Shown: positions 1 through 12,607, numbered from the stretch's first letter. The stretch is DNA of 64,000 bases from Rebecca billardiae RCC1528 (GCA_965240325.2 OZ251225.1:868001-932000); one strand, 5' to 3'. Made by a program: numbers and translations. The notes: generated by a model not told the origin, from the sequence alone.

Positions 1-1132
1 CGCCGACGATCGCGTCGGGCACGCCGTCGCCGTCGATGTCGCCCAGCGCCGCCACGGACGCGCCAAAATTGTCGCCGTCCGCCAGGCTCTGTCCGAACCC
101 GCCCTGCGTGTCCGAGATCTTGGCCTGCGCCGCCACCGTCCCGGCGGTGGTGAGGAAGAGGACGTACACGCACCCGCGGTTGGAGCCGCCGTCGTCGTCG
201 TTCGGAGCGCCCACGAGCACGTCGGTCACGTTGTCGCCGTCCACGTCGCCGAGCGAGGCGACGGCATCGCCGAATCTGTCCGAGCCACCGAGCGGGCCGA
301 CAAAGCCGCCCTGCCCGTCGGTGATCCGCACATCCGCCTTCACGCTGCCGTCGGCGTGGAGGAAGAGGATGAACACGTCGTTGTCGGACGAGGCGCCCAC
401 GACGACGTCGGTCACGTTGTCGCCGTCCAGCAGCCCGAGCGAGCTGAGCGCCTTGCCAAAATTGGGCTCACCGCCGAGCGTGTAGCTGAACCCGCCCACG
501 CCTTCGCCGATCTGGACGCGCCCGCGCGCCGAGCCGTCCGCGTTCATGAAGACGGTGTACACGAACCCGCAGCAGTCACCGATGCCGTCGCCGATCGCCA
601 GATCGCCCACACCGTCGCCGTCGATGTCGCCGATCGCCGCCACAGACTCGCCAGGCTCGTGGGACGGCGGCGCGCCGTCGAGCACGAACTTGGTCGCGCC
701 CCGCACGGTGCCGTTGGGCGCGAGCGTGCACAGGTAGAAGTCGTGCCCGTCTGTCACCCCGCCGTCATCAAAGTTGGTGATGATCGCGTCAGGCACGCCA
801 TCCAGGTTGATGTCGCCAATCGGTGCGAGCGCTCGCCCAAAGAAGCCGATTGGGTCGAAGGGGAAGTTGCCCTCTGTCTCGGAGATCACCTGCTCAGCCA
901 CGACCTGGTGAAGGGCCGAGACGCCAGGCGGCGGCGGGCTCGGCGGCGCGCCCGGCGGCGGCGGGCTTGGCGGCGGGCTCGGCGGCGGGCTCGGCGGCGG
1001 TGGGCTCGGCGGGGGCGATGGTGGCGGGCTGGGCGGCGGGAATGGCGCGGCGCGAACACCGACGCAAGCCATTGCGGCGAGTGCGAACAGCCGTAGGCCG
1101 GCACGCCTGGCGCGAGCCGTGCTCACGCCCAT
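1..1132 (-). CDS. Secreted FG-GAP (integrin-alpha beta-propeller) repeat protein with Pro/Ser-rich linker; 3' partial (runs off window)
   Basis: Not in the ORF track because it has no stop in the window. Manual translation from ATG 1132: MGVSTARARRAGLRLFALAAMACVGVRAAPF-(PPSP)n, then repeats such as FGRALAPIGDINLDGVPD, FGDAVASLGDVDGDNVTDVLVGAPNDDDGGSNRGCVYVLFL and FGASVAALGDIDGDGVPDAIVG. Confidence 0.85.
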   Translation of the reverse strand, partial: MGVSTARARRAGLRLFALAAMACVGVRAAPFPPPSPPPSPPPSPPPPSPPPSPPPSPPPPGAPPSPPPPGVSALHQVVAEQVISETEGNFPFDPIGFFGRALAPIGDINLDGVPDAIITNFDDGGVTDGHDFYLCTLAPNGTVRGATKFVLDGAPPSHEPGESVAAIGDIDGDGVGDLAIGDGIGDCCGFVYTVFMNADGSARGRVQIGEGVGGFSYTLGGEPNFGKALSSLGLLDGDNVTDVVVGASSDNDVFILFLHADGSVKADVRITDGQGGFVGPLGGSDRFGDAVASLGDVDGDNVTDVLVGAPNDDDGGSNRGCVYVLFLTTAGTVAAQAKISDTQGGFGQSLADGDNFGASVAALGDIDGDGVPDAIVG

Positions 1133-1237
1133 CCCTCTCCGGCGCCGCGCGACACGCGGCCGCGGCGCCAACGGGCAACGACGGCGTGCGATGCGCGCGC
1201 GATGCTCGAAGTAGCAAGGGCCTTTGGTAGTAGTGTA

Positions 1238-1592
1238 CTTTTAAATTCCCCTTTATAACGGGCTCCGGGTGATCAGACTGGCGGCCGAAGCCTCCAGCCC
1301 TACCCTGGCCAGCCCCCAACCAACCACCACCCTCACCCAACCTCAAACCACTGACCGATACACCGAGTGCCTTGACACCACTCCGCTGTGGACAGCCCGC
1401 CTCCAGAGGGGGCGGGGGTATGCCATTGCCGACAGCATACAAGCCCAACACTGTGGGGTGGTCCCAGGTACCAGCAGTGCACTGCCTTGCAATTCGAGAT
1501 CATCGAGTTTGAGCCGAGTCGGCACGGACTGGGCACCCCCTAGGGCGCCCCAGTGTGGGCTAGTGTGCACGTTAAAACATAAGTAAACTGTA
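1238..1592. repeat. Dispersed repeat family C (other copies ~5577-5650, ~28063-28104); ends in GTAAACTG-TA
   Basis: TAACGGGCTCCGGGTGATCA recurs at all three loci. The extension GAAGCCTCCAGCCC..ACCCTGGCCAGCCCCCAACC is shared with the 5577 copy. Confidence 0.7.
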
Positions 1593-1679
1593 CTAGTACC
1601 GTAATTGCGATTATAGTACGGGTACGCCGGGTGGTGACCAACATTTGAGCCGGGTAAAAGCTGCACCGCTCGAAAAATC

Positions 1680-1835
1680 GAAACTCACCCGCCTCCAACG
1701 GCCCTCAAAATCACCCCGTCCCATTTTTCGTTATTGACACTACTACTATTGCTGATCAAAAGATCTGTTTGACAACGTAGTAAGGGCCCGCGGCGCGGGC
1801 TCCACGCTACGCGCTCCGCCCTGCACCGCGGGCCA
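1680..1835. repeat. Dispersed repeat family D (second copy ~53050-53195)
   Basis: Shared blocks GAAACTC..AAAATCA..CCCCGTCCC..TGATCAAA(A)GATCT..GGGCCCGC..GCGGGCTCC..CGCGCTCCGCCCTGCACCGCGGG. Confidence 0.65.
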
Positions 1836-1968
1836 TAAGAAGGTGCTCAGCCCGCTGTGAGCGCTCTGAGCTAGACTGTGGCGCGGCCCGCCGCCGGTGC
1901 CGTCGGTGCCAGTTCGGCAGCGGCACGTGCACACGCCCACGGTGCACGGGCTGCGCCTCCCTGCGCGC

Positions 1969-3414
1969 TCACTCCTCGCGGCGCACGGGCATGCCATCGA
2001 CGCTCTCCGGCACCATCGACGCGTCGTCAAAGACGAGCGACTTGGGCACGGAGAACTGGCGCCAGCCGTCGAATCCGGAGTGATACCCGAAGCCGGAGCC
2101 CTTGGCCCCGATCCAGGGGCAGCGCGCTGGCGCCTTGGCGAGCGACCAGTTGTTGATGCCCACCTGCCCCGCGCGGATGCGCAGCGCGACGCGCCGCGCC
2201 TTCTCCAGGTCCGTCGTGTACACGTACGCCGCGAGCCCGTACTCGGAGTCGTTGGCGAGCTTAACGGCCGCGTCCTCCGTGCCGTCGAAGACGGAGATGG
2301 CGACCACCGGCCCGAACAGCTCGGCGCGGCTGATCGGCGCTTCGTGGGAGACGTCGGTGAGCACGGTGGCGGGGAAGTACGTGCCGGCCGCCGGCACGCC
2401 CTCCTTGACTGGCGCCTGGCACAGCAGCTTGGCGCCCGCCTTGAGCGCGCCGTCGACCTGCGCCTTGACCGCATCGCGCTGCATCGCCGACACCATCGGC
2501 CCGATCTTCGACTCGGCGTCCATGCCGGGGCCGGCGACGTACGCCTTGGCGGCGTCGGCGCAGAGCGCGTCGAACTTGGGCTTGACCGACTCGGCGACGT
2601 ACACCCGCTCCACCGAGCAGCACACCTGCCCGCAGTTGAGCAGCGAGAACTCGACCGCGTCCTGAGCCGCCTTCTCCAGGTCGGCGTCGGCGAAGACGAC
2701 CATCGGGTCCTTGCCGCCGAGCTCAAGGACGAGCCGCTTGAGGCCCGAGGCGCACGCACCCATGATCTTCTTACCCGTGGCGGAGGAGCCCGTCATCGCG
2801 ACCATCTGCACGTCCGCCTGCGTCAGCGCCGCGCCCACCACGCCGTCGCCCTGCACGAGCTCCAGCACGCCAGCCGGCAGTGCGCTCTGCAGCGCCTCGG
2901 CCACGATCGCGCCGACGAGCGGCGTGACTTCGGAGGGCTTGAGCACGACCGAGTTGCCGGCGGCGAGCGCGGGCAGGCACAGGAGGAGCGGCTCGTCCGC
3001 CGGGAAGTTCCACGGCGAGCACACGGCGACGACGCCATGCGCGTCGCGCACGGTGAGGCCGTTCTCGGTCGCGACCGGAGCGTTCGCCTGGCCGATCAGG
3101 TCGATGTAGGAGTCCTTGTCGACGGCGCCGTTGACCTCGTCCTCGGCCTCGGCGCGCACTTTGCCCATCTCGCGTACCATCGTGCTAACCAGCTCCTCCT
3201 TGCGCGGGCCCAGCGCCGCGCAGCCCTTCTTGAGCGCGGCGAGCCGGTCCGGCAGCGGCGTGGCCGACCACGCGGGCTGCGCGGCGCGCGCGCGCTCCAC
3301 AGCGGCCGTCACCTCGGCCGGCGTCGCTGCCTGGACGTGCGCGATGACCTCGCCCGTCGCCGGGTCGGTGTCCACGATTCGGTTCTGATCATCGATGACG
3401 ACCCCCTGAACCAT
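1969..3414 (-). CDS. NAD(P)-dependent aldehyde dehydrogenase (SSADH-like)
   Basis: ALDH motifs SPWNFP, LKPSE, MTGS, LELGGKDP, catalytic GQVCC, ELFGPV and YGLAAYV. Confidence 0.93.
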   Translation of the reverse strand: MVQGVVIDDQNRIVDTDPATGEVIAHVQAATPAEVTAAVERARAAQPAWSATPLPDRLAALKKGCAALGPRKEELVSTMVREMGKVRAEAEDEVNGAVDKDSYIDLIGQANAPVATENGLTVRDAHGVVAVCSPWNFPADEPLLLCLPALAAGNSVVLKPSEVTPLVGAIVAEALQSALPAGVLELVQGDGVVGAALTQADVQMVAMTGSSATGKKIMGACASGLKRLVLELGGKDPMVVFADADLEKAAQDAVEFSLLNCGQVCCSVERVYVAESVKPKFDALCADAAKAYVAGPGMDAESKIGPMVSAMQRDAVKAQVDGALKAGAKLLCQAPVKEGVPAAGTYFPATVLTDVSHEAPISRAELFGPVVAISVFDGTEDAAVKLANDSEYGLAAYVYTTDLEKARRVALRIRAGQVGINNWSLAKAPARCPWIGAKGSGFGYHSGFDGWRQFSVPKSLVFDDASMVPESVDGMPVRREE

Positions 3415-3952
3415 GATGCGACGAGCACAACGACGTCAGTGGCCGCGGGCGCGAACTTGAACCGCGACGTGGACGCGCGGTCGCGTTGTCGGCCGGGTTG
3501 TCGGTCGGAAAAGCCGGTGAGTCCTGCTGCTCTCATCATCGAATTTTCGGTTTCGTCCGACGATCGTGAGTCGTTTCACGGCCCGCGCAATCGTTCGCCG
3601 GTGGGCGTCTCTTCCAGCCTTGCGCGCGAAGAGGGCGGCGTACACAATGGTGATGTCGGTCGGCGTGGAGCACACGGTGCGTATCTTGCAGTGGCCGTCA
3701 GTGACCGCAGAATCCAGCATCCTCGCCTCGCCGCGCCGGCCGTGGACAACAGACGCGCGTCGGCGAGTGACCCACCACCACGGCGTGCTCGGCGACCCCG
3801 AGCGCTGGCTGGCCTCCCCTTACGGTAATGAGGGGTTGCGTGCGGCCGACTCGGACGAGCGCGCAAGCCGTCCACAGAGGAGCTCAGATGGCGCGCGGTC
3901 GCGCACGCGCGAGCGTGTGGCGCGTGATCTGTCGAGCGCAGCGGGCACGCGC

Positions 3953-4615
3953 ATGCAGAGCAGCCTGAGCCGCGCGTACGGCAGCGGCCTCAGCGAGAGC
4001 GCAGTGCTCGAGCTCGCGATCGGCGGCCTGGCGACGAGCGAGGGCGGCGAGCACCTCGCCGTGTACACGGACGCGTTCGGCACGAACCGGGTGGGTGGGA
4101 AACGTCTGATCCGCGTCGATGCCTCGTCGCTGCCGCAGCTGGGCGTGCGCCGCTTCGAGGACATCCGGCGGATCACCGCACAGCTCGAGCTGCTCGCCGC
4201 TCACGACCGCGCCAAGCTCGACGCGGCGGCGGCGAAGATCCAGGCGAGATGGCGAGGGCTGCGTGCGAGGCGTGTGATGCGGGGCAAGCTGCAGCGGGCG
4301 CGTCTGGTACGGGCGCACCGACGACTCGTCGAGCGCGTCCGCCCGCCGCGCCACGCGGAGCTTCACAGCTCCGTCTTTGCGCTGAGGCGAGCGACGCCGC
4401 TGCCCGGATCGTTCAAGGAGCGGCCCCCGTGGGCTGGGCCAAAAGCGGCCTCGACGGACTGGCCCAGCGTGCCAAAAGGCGTGTTCTACCGCGGCACGTT
4501 CGCGGCGACGCGCCACGCTGAGTCCGAGCTGGCGCGCGTGGCCGGCACGCGCTCTTCGCCGCCGCCTCGTGTGAAGGTGCAGCCGGTACCCGGCTCCCGG
4601 CGGCAGTCCCGGTGA
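3953..4615 (+). CDS. Hypothetical protein with SAM-like segment and IQ motif (start uncertain)
   Basis: IQ motif AAAKIQARWRGLRARR; SAM-like GKRLIRVDASSLPQLGVRRFEDIRRI. Confidence 0.55.
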   Translation: MQSSLSRAYGSGLSESAVLELAIGGLATSEGGEHLAVYTDAFGTNRVGGKRLIRVDASSLPQLGVRRFEDIRRITAQLELLAAHDRAKLDAAAAKIQARWRGLRARRVMRGKLQRARLVRAHRRLVERVRPPRHAELHSSVFALRRATPLPGSFKERPPWAGPKAASTDWPSVPKGVFYRGTFAATRHAESELARVAGTRSSPPPRVKVQPVPGSRRQSR

Positions 4616-4627
4616 TCAGTCTATGCT

Positions 4628-4710
4628 TTATAACGACACGGTAGCACGGCGCAGGTCTCCTGATTCGTGGGCGGCAACGGCCTGCCCGATCGTCGCGACG
4701 AGCAGCATGA
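4628..4710. repeat. Dispersed repeat family B (copies ~34990-35055, ~39040-39118, ~61775-61832)
   Basis: Core ACGAATCAGGAGA(C/G)C, or its reverse complement, at four intergenic loci, usually close to an AT-rich TTAA/TATAA-like end. Confidence 0.65.
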
Positions 4711-6142
4711 CGGCGCGTTGGTCAGGCCGGCGACGCGGTCCCGGAGCCCTGCAGTGACTGCACCCGACACTGACCCGTTCCGGGAGCCCGTGCGGACCAC
4801 CCGACTGTCATCCGCACTAGAATGTCTATCAAGTGTCATCATCCACCGCTGTGTACGGTCGTCTATGTCACGACTACGACATACTATATATACATCTGCT
4901 GCTGCACTGCTGCATGACTGGTAACGGCTTGGTTGGAGAGCACGACTCGCCCTTACACGAGTCACGACTCGGTACCGTGAGTACGGCTCACTCACTGCAT
5001 AGCCTGTGACAGCACCGCTCGATCGAATGGCTTGATATTGAGCGCGCGGCCTTGAGCTGCTGCGGATCGTGCGGATTCGTGCGCGATATCCACCTGCGCT
5101 GCGCAGCTCGCATAGACCTGCTGTGCCCGCAAGGGCTGTCTATAGCGGGGAATTGCATCTGAATGATTTCTCAGAGTCAGATGCCCGTCGTCGATGATAC
5201 GTAAAGTCGAAAGTGTGGCGAATGCACGCTCCTCAGCCCGGCGTGTGTGACCCACTGTGTGGCGCTCGCGTGGTTATCAAAATAACGACATAGCCAAGAC
5301 TACACTGTTTAGGATCGGACGCTGGTAGCTATGAATGTGGGTCTCCGCCAGAGGCAGAGATGTCTGTGGGTGCTCCTATTAGACCCGTTTGAATGAATAA
5401 AGTAAACGGGCTCCCACGTTACGAAGATTGGAGATCGCGCGTGCCAACAATGTCGTCCGGTAGCTTATATTTGCCAATACGGTAAAGGAGTCGCGGGGAG
5501 CATCAGGGTCACTGAGTCACATCAGCAGGTCGGTAGTGTCATTAACTCGTACGTTTAAACTAAGTCTTCAGTGCGTAACGGGCTCCGGGTGATCAATCAG
5601 ACCGGGTGGCGGAAGCCTCCAGCCCCGTACCCTGGCCAGCCCCCAACCCGAATCATCACCAGACACCATGACCACCCCCACCCGCCACCTCAAACAAACC
5701 ACGCCGAGCACGGACCGTCACCGAGACACATAACCTACGGAGTATACGGTGCGGCTGACACGGAGACCACTCCATCCACCGTGGATAGCCCCCCTCCCAC
5801 GAGCAGGGGGCGGAAAAAATGAGGCGCCACGGGCACAGTCGGACGGACTACGGAGCTCTGACAGCCGGGTCTCCGCGGCTCCGCGCGGCTTGATGGCTCA
5901 TGCTGCTGACGATGCTGATTATTCATATCAGAATAATATCAGATATCGGGTGACGATGACCGAGCGCGCCGGCCGCGCCGCCGCGCAGCGCTACATATTC
6001 CTACGGGTCGTGCAGCCTGTTCCACGTATACCCGCATGGATTCTTCGGAACGTGACGTTTCGTTCGACGACAATTTTTGGTAATATCCAACCAGAGTACG
6101 GACTCTCACTCTGCCAGCCAGTCGGTCAGGCGGCAGGCGCGC

Positions 6143-7248
6143 TCACGCAAATGGCGCCGCTTTGGCCTTCACTTCGCGCAGCTTGCTCTCGAGGAACAGC
6201 TCACCTGCCCGGTAGCTCGAGCGCACGAGCGGCCCGGCGGCGACGTACTCGAAGCCGATGGCCTCGCCGTACGCGCGGTACGCGTCGAAGGCCTCGGGCG
6301 GCACGTACTCGACCACGGAGAGGTGGTGCTCGGTGGGCCGCAGGTACTGGCCGAGGGTGAGGATGTCGACGCCCGCGCCGCGCATGTCGCGCATCGCACT
6401 CTCCACCTCGTCCGCGCTCTCCCCCAGCCCAAGCATCAGCGACGACTTGGTGTACAGCCCTGGCCGCGTCGCCTTGGCGTGCTCGAGCACGCGCAGCGAC
6501 TGCGCATAGTTGGCTCGGCGGTCGCGCACGTACGGCTGCAGCCGCTCGATGGTCTCGACGTTGTGCGCGTACACGTCGAGGCCGCTGCAGGCCAGCGTGG
6601 CGACGCTCTCGAGGTTACCTGCGGGGCACCGGGCGCGCGGGCGGGGCGCGCGCTCATTCGTCCAGTCGCGCTCCGGCTGCGCGGCGCGTGCACCCGGCGC
6701 GCCATCGCACCCTGGAAGTCCGAGACGAGGCACTCGACGAGGAGCTCCGGCTTGATGGCTTTCATCATTTGCACCGTGCGCGCGAAGTGACCCGCGCCGC
6801 CATCCGCCAAGTCGTCGCGGTCGACGCTCGTCACGACGACGTAGTCCACGCCCCACTCGGCGACCGCCTTGGCGACGTTCATCGGCTCGTCGTCGTCCGG
6901 AGGCGGAGGCGTCGACTCGGTGTTGACGGCGCAGAACTTGCACCCGCGCGTGCACGTGTCCCCGAGCACCATGATCGTGCCAGTGCCCCCGTTCCAGCAC
7001 TCGCCGATGTTCGGGCACTGCGCCTCCTCGCACACCGTGTGCAGCTCGAGCCCGTGGATGGACTTCCGGAGGTCCTCAAAGCGCGTGTGCCCGCCACCGG
7101 GCGCGGGCACATGCAGCCAGTCTGGCCTGGGCGGCATGGGCGCGCCCACGCGCGGCACGATGGGGCCGCCCGTGCGCGTCGCCACGCCGGCCGCCGACGC
7201 GAGCGCGCCGAGCACGTGGACGAGGCGGCACGCACGCGCGCTCATCAT
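6143..7248 (-). CDS. lipA: Lipoyl synthase (radical SAM), 2 exons: 7248-6711 and 6618-6143
   Basis: Motifs [20 protein letters not shown] and C-terminal RSSY. GT..AG intron 6710-6619 joins DFQG/NLESV. The N-terminal extension resembles an organelle-targeting peptide. Confidence 0.93.
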
Positions 7249-7445
7249 CACGCACCGGCGCCCGGCGGCCCGCCCGATCGACACGGGGGTGCCCACTACG
7301 AGGCGAATCGGCACGATGGCGGCGCGGCTCTCTTGCGAGCGGCTTCCTTGGGGACCCCTCATCCTCTTCAAAGGCATCGCGCCAACGATCGCTCCGCGCC
7401 CCGGCACGCGGTGGAGGAGCCGCGTGCACCCCGCGTCGAGTGGCC

Positions 7446-9677
7446 ATGGGCGTGAGCAGCCCCGCGGGCAGCAGCGAGATCAACGTGGTGGTCCGCGTCC
7501 GCCCGCTCCTGCCCAACGAGCTCCGTGAGAACGAGCGCCCCATCTGCCGCGTGCACGGCACGACGCTTGAGATCGACGAGCCTGACCACCCGGGCGTGCG
7601 CGATGCGATCGTGCGTGACGCGACGGGCTCGGTGGCGAGCACGCCCTTGACGAGCTACGCCTTCTCGTTCGACCACGTCTTCGACACGCCGAGCACGCAG
7701 GCCGAGGTGTACGCGCACACCGCCGAGCCCGCGGTGCGCGCTGTGCTGGAGGGCTTCAACTCGACCGTGATCGCATACGGCATGACGGGCGCGGGCAAGA
7801 CGCACACGATGGAGGGGTACCGCTCGGACTACGAGCAGCGCGGCGTGAGCCCGCGCGCCATGGAGGTGTGCCGCGCGCGCGCGCGCTCGCCGCGCAGCCG
7901 CAGTCCGACCGAGCGGCGCGCGTGTACAGAGCCCGGCGGCGCCCGCGCGCGCACCTCGCGCCGCGCGCGCTCCCCTGCCGCGCAGGCCATCTTCGAGCAC
8001 ATACAGCACCGCGCGGACCCGACGTCGCGCTTCCTCGTGCGCGCGTCCTACCTCCAGATCTACAACGAGTCGATCTCCGACCTGATCAAGCCCGAGCGCA
8101 CCGGGCTGCTTGTGCGCGAGGACAGGCGCCGAGGCCTGTACGTGGACGGGCTGTCCGAGTGGGTGGTGCGCTCGACGGCGGAGGTGAGCCGGCTGATGGC
8201 GCGCGGCGAGTCGGTGCGCGCGACGGGCTCGACGCGCGCGAACGAGCTCTCCTCGCGCTCGCACGCCGTCATGCTCGTCGTCGTCGAGCAGACCGACACG
8301 CCCGGCGGCGCGGCGAACGGCGGCAGCGGCGGCGCGGGCCGCGCGGGCGCGGCGGGCGTGCGGCGCACGCGCGTGGGCAAGCTCAACCTCGTCGACCTCG
8401 CGGGCTCGGAGCGGCTGTCGAGCTCGGGGGTGTCGGGTGCGCGGCTCGAGGAGTCCAAGAAGATCAACACCTCGCTCTCCGCCCTGGGAAACGTCGTCGC
8501 CGCGCTCTCGGAGCGCGCGGTCGGCCGCGCGCGCGCTCACGTACCGTACCGCGACTCCAAGCTAACGCGTCTGCTCGAGGACTCGCTCGGCGGCAACTGC
8601 AAGACGACGCTGATCGCGCTGGTGTCGCCGGCGGCGCACGCGTTCGGCGAGTCGCTCTCCACGCTCAAGTTCGCGACGCGCGCCAAGACCGTGCGCAACA
8701 CGCCCACCCTCAACGTGGGCGTGGGCGTGGACCAGCAGGCGCTGATCAAAGAGTATGAGGCCGAGCTCGCGAGATTGCGATCTGAGCTCTCCGAGCGCAG
8801 CAAGACGCTGGTGGACTCGCGCCGGCTGCTCGAGCTGGAGGAGCTGCGCCGCCGCGCGGAGGAGGACAAGCTCAACGCCGTGCGCGCGCTCGAGCAGCGC
8901 TCCTCCGAGTACCTGCAGGAGAAGTCGCTCAAGCGCGCGCTGCAGGCGCGCATCACCACGCTGCAGTCGCAGCTGCTCACCACGGCCGGCGCGGACGGCG
9001 GCGGCGGCGCGGCTCCGGGCGACGTGCTCGCGCTCGAGCGGCGGTACGGCGAGCGGCTGAGCGAGCTCGAGCGCGAGAAGGCCGCCCTCGAGGAGGACAA
9101 GGCGCAGGTCGACCGGTACAAGGCGCTCCTCGTCAAGCAGCGCGACGTGATGCTCGGGCTGACGATGCGACTGGAGGAGCGAGACTCGGCGCTGCTGGTG
9201 CTCACCGCCGAGCTCGAGGCGGCGGAGCGGAGGACGCAGGAGCTGGAGGACGCGGTGGACGGGCGCACGATGGAGCTGATCACGCTGCAGCGCGTCGCGC
9301 TCGAGCACGGCGTGCCGCCCGCCGCGCTCGCCGAGATCGCCTCGCTCGCATCCGGGTATGCGAGCGGCGCGGACGGCGGCGGCGGCGGGAACAGCGGCGG
9401 CGGCGGCGCCCGCGCCGGAGCCGGCGGCGGCGGCGGCGGCGATGGGTTTTGCAGCACAGGCGATGGTGGTACGCAGGGCACGCCGCGCGCAGGTGCGGGC
9501 GTGGACGGCGACGGCGGGCTGCGCGGCCTCGGTGGCTTCCCCACGCCGCGCCCCTTTGACGAGCACATGCGCGATGAGCTGCTGCTCGTCTCAGCGCACG
9601 TCTCAGCGCACCCTCAGCACCCTCAGAAGGGCGCGGGCGCGCTCGGTGCGGCCGAGGCCGGCGCTCACGCGCACGGG

Positions 9678-9721
<44 letters not shown>

Positions 9722-10874
9722 CAGCGGTGGCGGCGGCTTTCGGCGCGGGGAGCTCTCGCCCCCGCCGTACCTCGCGAGGCTCGGCCCACGCAGCGCCGCC
9801 CTGTACACCTCCGGGCCCACGCCCAAGCCGGCGGCGGGCGCGCACCCGGCCAGCGCGCCCGCCCTCGCCCTCTCGCCTCCCGGCTTTGTCGCCGAGCACG
9901 GCGCGGCGCACGGCGCGGACGAGGACGAGATCGTCGAGATCGCCGCGTCTGAGCTGCTCGAGCTGAGGGACCTGATCGCCACCGAGTCCAGCCGGCGCGG
10001 CGCCCTTGAGGCGGAGCTGCTCCGCGCGCGCGCCGAGCTCGGCGACACGCGCCGCGCCATCGACGAGCTGGTGGGCGAGCGCGTGCAGGCGGAGGTGGCG
10101 CAGGTCGCCGACGACGCGCTCGCCGTGATGGAGGACGCGCGCGAGGCGCACGAGGCGACGGAGCGGCTCGAGGCGGAGCTCGGCGCGGCGCGCGGCGAGC
10201 TCAGCGCGGCGCGCGACGAGCGCGACTCGGCGCGCGCGCAGCTCGACGCCGTCGCCTCGCACGTGGACAGCGCGCTCGCGGACGCGCGCTCCAGGCTCGA
10301 GGGCGGCTCGGCCGCGCAGCCCGCGCTCGCGGCGACGCGCGCGGCGGCGGTGCGCCAGGCCGCGGGCGCGCTCGCCGGCGCGCCGGCGGCCGACGCGTCG
10401 GCCGAGACGCGCGCGGCGGCGCTGCGCTCTGCGTGCGTCGCGCTCGCGACCGCGAGCCGCGCGGGCGCCGGCGTCGGCGTCGAGTGGAGCGCCCCGGCGG
10501 ACGGCTCGCTGCGCGCGCAGCTCGCGAGCCTTCGGCACCGCTGCGCCGCGCAGCGCAAGGAGCGGGCAGCGCTCACGTCGATCATGGAGAACAAGATCAA
10601 GGCGCTCGTGGACGAGGTGCAGCGCTCGCTCGCCGCGGCGCAGCTCGACGCTGACGCCGACGCCGCGCCGACGATGGCGGGCGTGCACGCGGCCGCGCAC
10701 CAAGTGGACGTGCTGCAGAAGCTCGTCAACGCGGCTGTGGTCGCGCTGCACATGCCTGACGACGACGTGCCCGCTGCGCCCGGCACCGCTGCCGTCAGTG
10801 CCGAGGCGGTTCCCGGCTACTTGACGACGAATGGCGCGGAGGCTGCTGCTGATGAATCTGCTGAATATGGCTAG
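7446..10874 (+). CDS. N-terminal motor kinesin with coiled-coil tail; in-frame 120-nt intron 7866-7985
   Basis: GMTGAGKT P-loop, NELSSRSH switch I, LVDLAGSE switch II and [13 protein letters not shown]. The GTGTG...CGCAG intron removes a non-homologous insert. Confidence 0.93.
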
Positions 10875-11602
10875 CGCGCCGTGACTGACTGCTCAGCGAC
10901 AGCAGCTTGCCGTGCGCTATTAAATTACGACTGCTAGCTAGCAGCTTATAATACGTCAACTGTCACTACTGAGACTGTCAGTCCGACAGACGGACAGTCC
11001 GGCCACTCCCGCCACGTTAGTGAGTCCGTCATCGGCGATAATATTAATAATACACATGTCACATCGTCATCGACAAATCGGACAATCGACATCGTCGGAT
11101 CCGAATCTGGCACTTATAATGTCTGATGCTGCTCTAGTAATCGTAATACTGATAGTATCGGACTCGGTCTCGGAGTGAGTGCCGATGACAGACCGTGATG
11201 GCGATGTGATGGCAAATTTTGTCCGAACGGTACTCACTGACTCTCACAGTCACAACGAATGGCAACGTGCCAACGTCGGGTACTGTCACTCACTTAGTCT
11301 AGGGGGGCCAAACCGCCCATTTAAAAATGAAAAGCAAAGTCGCGTCGCATTTTCGCTCCGCCCTCGGCCTTTTAGGGTGGCGCGGAGCCTTTTTCTCGGA
11401 CCCCGCTCGAAAATCGAGCTTCACGCCTTCGGACCAAAGAAATAGAGGGGGTAGAACCGAAAGCTCTCCCGATTAATATGGTTTCAGACTGCTCGCTCCG
11501 GAACACCGGGCTTCAGCTTCGTCACGCCCTCAGGCGCGGAGATGCCCTGGTTGCTCCTCGCCCTGCACCTCGTCGCAGCCGCGCTGACTCTCGGCTCGTG
11601 CA

Positions 11603-12607
11603 GTGCACGCCCGACGTGCAGCCCGGGGCTTGAAGCCATGCGACCACGCAGAAACTCCACCGACCAAACCGACGACGCGAGCGGCGCCGGCGATGGTGTC
11701 TCCAGGTGCGCCCGCGACCGGGCCTGAGCGTCGAGCCCCAAACTTGCCCGCGTGGCGCGCGACTGCCCAACACAGAGATACTGCGCGTAATTTCGTGTCC
11801 CTAAAGTATGGAGCCAGCGGGGCAGTGTGCTTACCCACCGCTCGAACCTTGAGGGACACGAATCTCACCCGTTTTGGCGCCCCCGAACCGCCCTCGTTTC
11901 GTGCGCACTACAGGTTGGCGGCGAACTGGTGGGTTGGGGATATCAACATGGCAAAGGCGCTGGCGGAGCACCTGACGGGCAACGGCACGCCCCACGACAT
12001 CATCAAAGACCGAGCGCGGCATGTCCCCGGTGTCGTAGACGGACGGATGGTGTACTACGTGAAGCCGGCCGGGCAGCCGAGCTATCTATGCCCACCGGCT
12101 CCTGTTTTCCAGCTCGAGCAGTTGTTGGCGCCCCTCTACGAGGATGGGGCTGTCGAGGAGCGCGCGCTCGCTGCATTGCTCGCGCGCGACGAGTTCGCCG
12201 AGGTGCTGCGGTCTGTCGCGCCCACGGTGGGCGTGTCGCTCGATTCGTCGGACGGCGCGCACGGCACGGAGCTCGAGCCTCGGGCGAGAACACTCGGCCT
12301 CATCCTCGCACACAAGCCGTTGCGCGTGAATGACCGGCGAGACGCGGGCGGCGGGCTCGTGAGCGCGTATGCGCTTCTCGAACGAAAGCTCGGCGTCGGG
12401 CACCAACTCGCGCCTCCCGCCCCGCCGCCCCCTGCTCCGGAGGCACCGCCTCCAGGATGGATGAGGGCTGCGGCCGCCTCGCGGCGCGCCAGCGCCCGTC
12501 GTCCTCGCCCCACCGTCGTCCGCCACAAAACGTCGTCCTCCGAACTCGCCGACTGGGCGCCGATGCAACAGCGCGCCGACAGGATGAGGATACGTATAGT
12601 CGCGTAA
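11603..12607 (+). pseudogene. Transposon-internal ORF, 3' end replaced by a MITE-A fragment (12455-12590)
   Basis: The ORF lies inside the TIRs. LPTARTLRD recalls the LPsxRTLR motif of P-type transposases (weak). The tail is translated repeat sequence. Confidence 0.35.
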
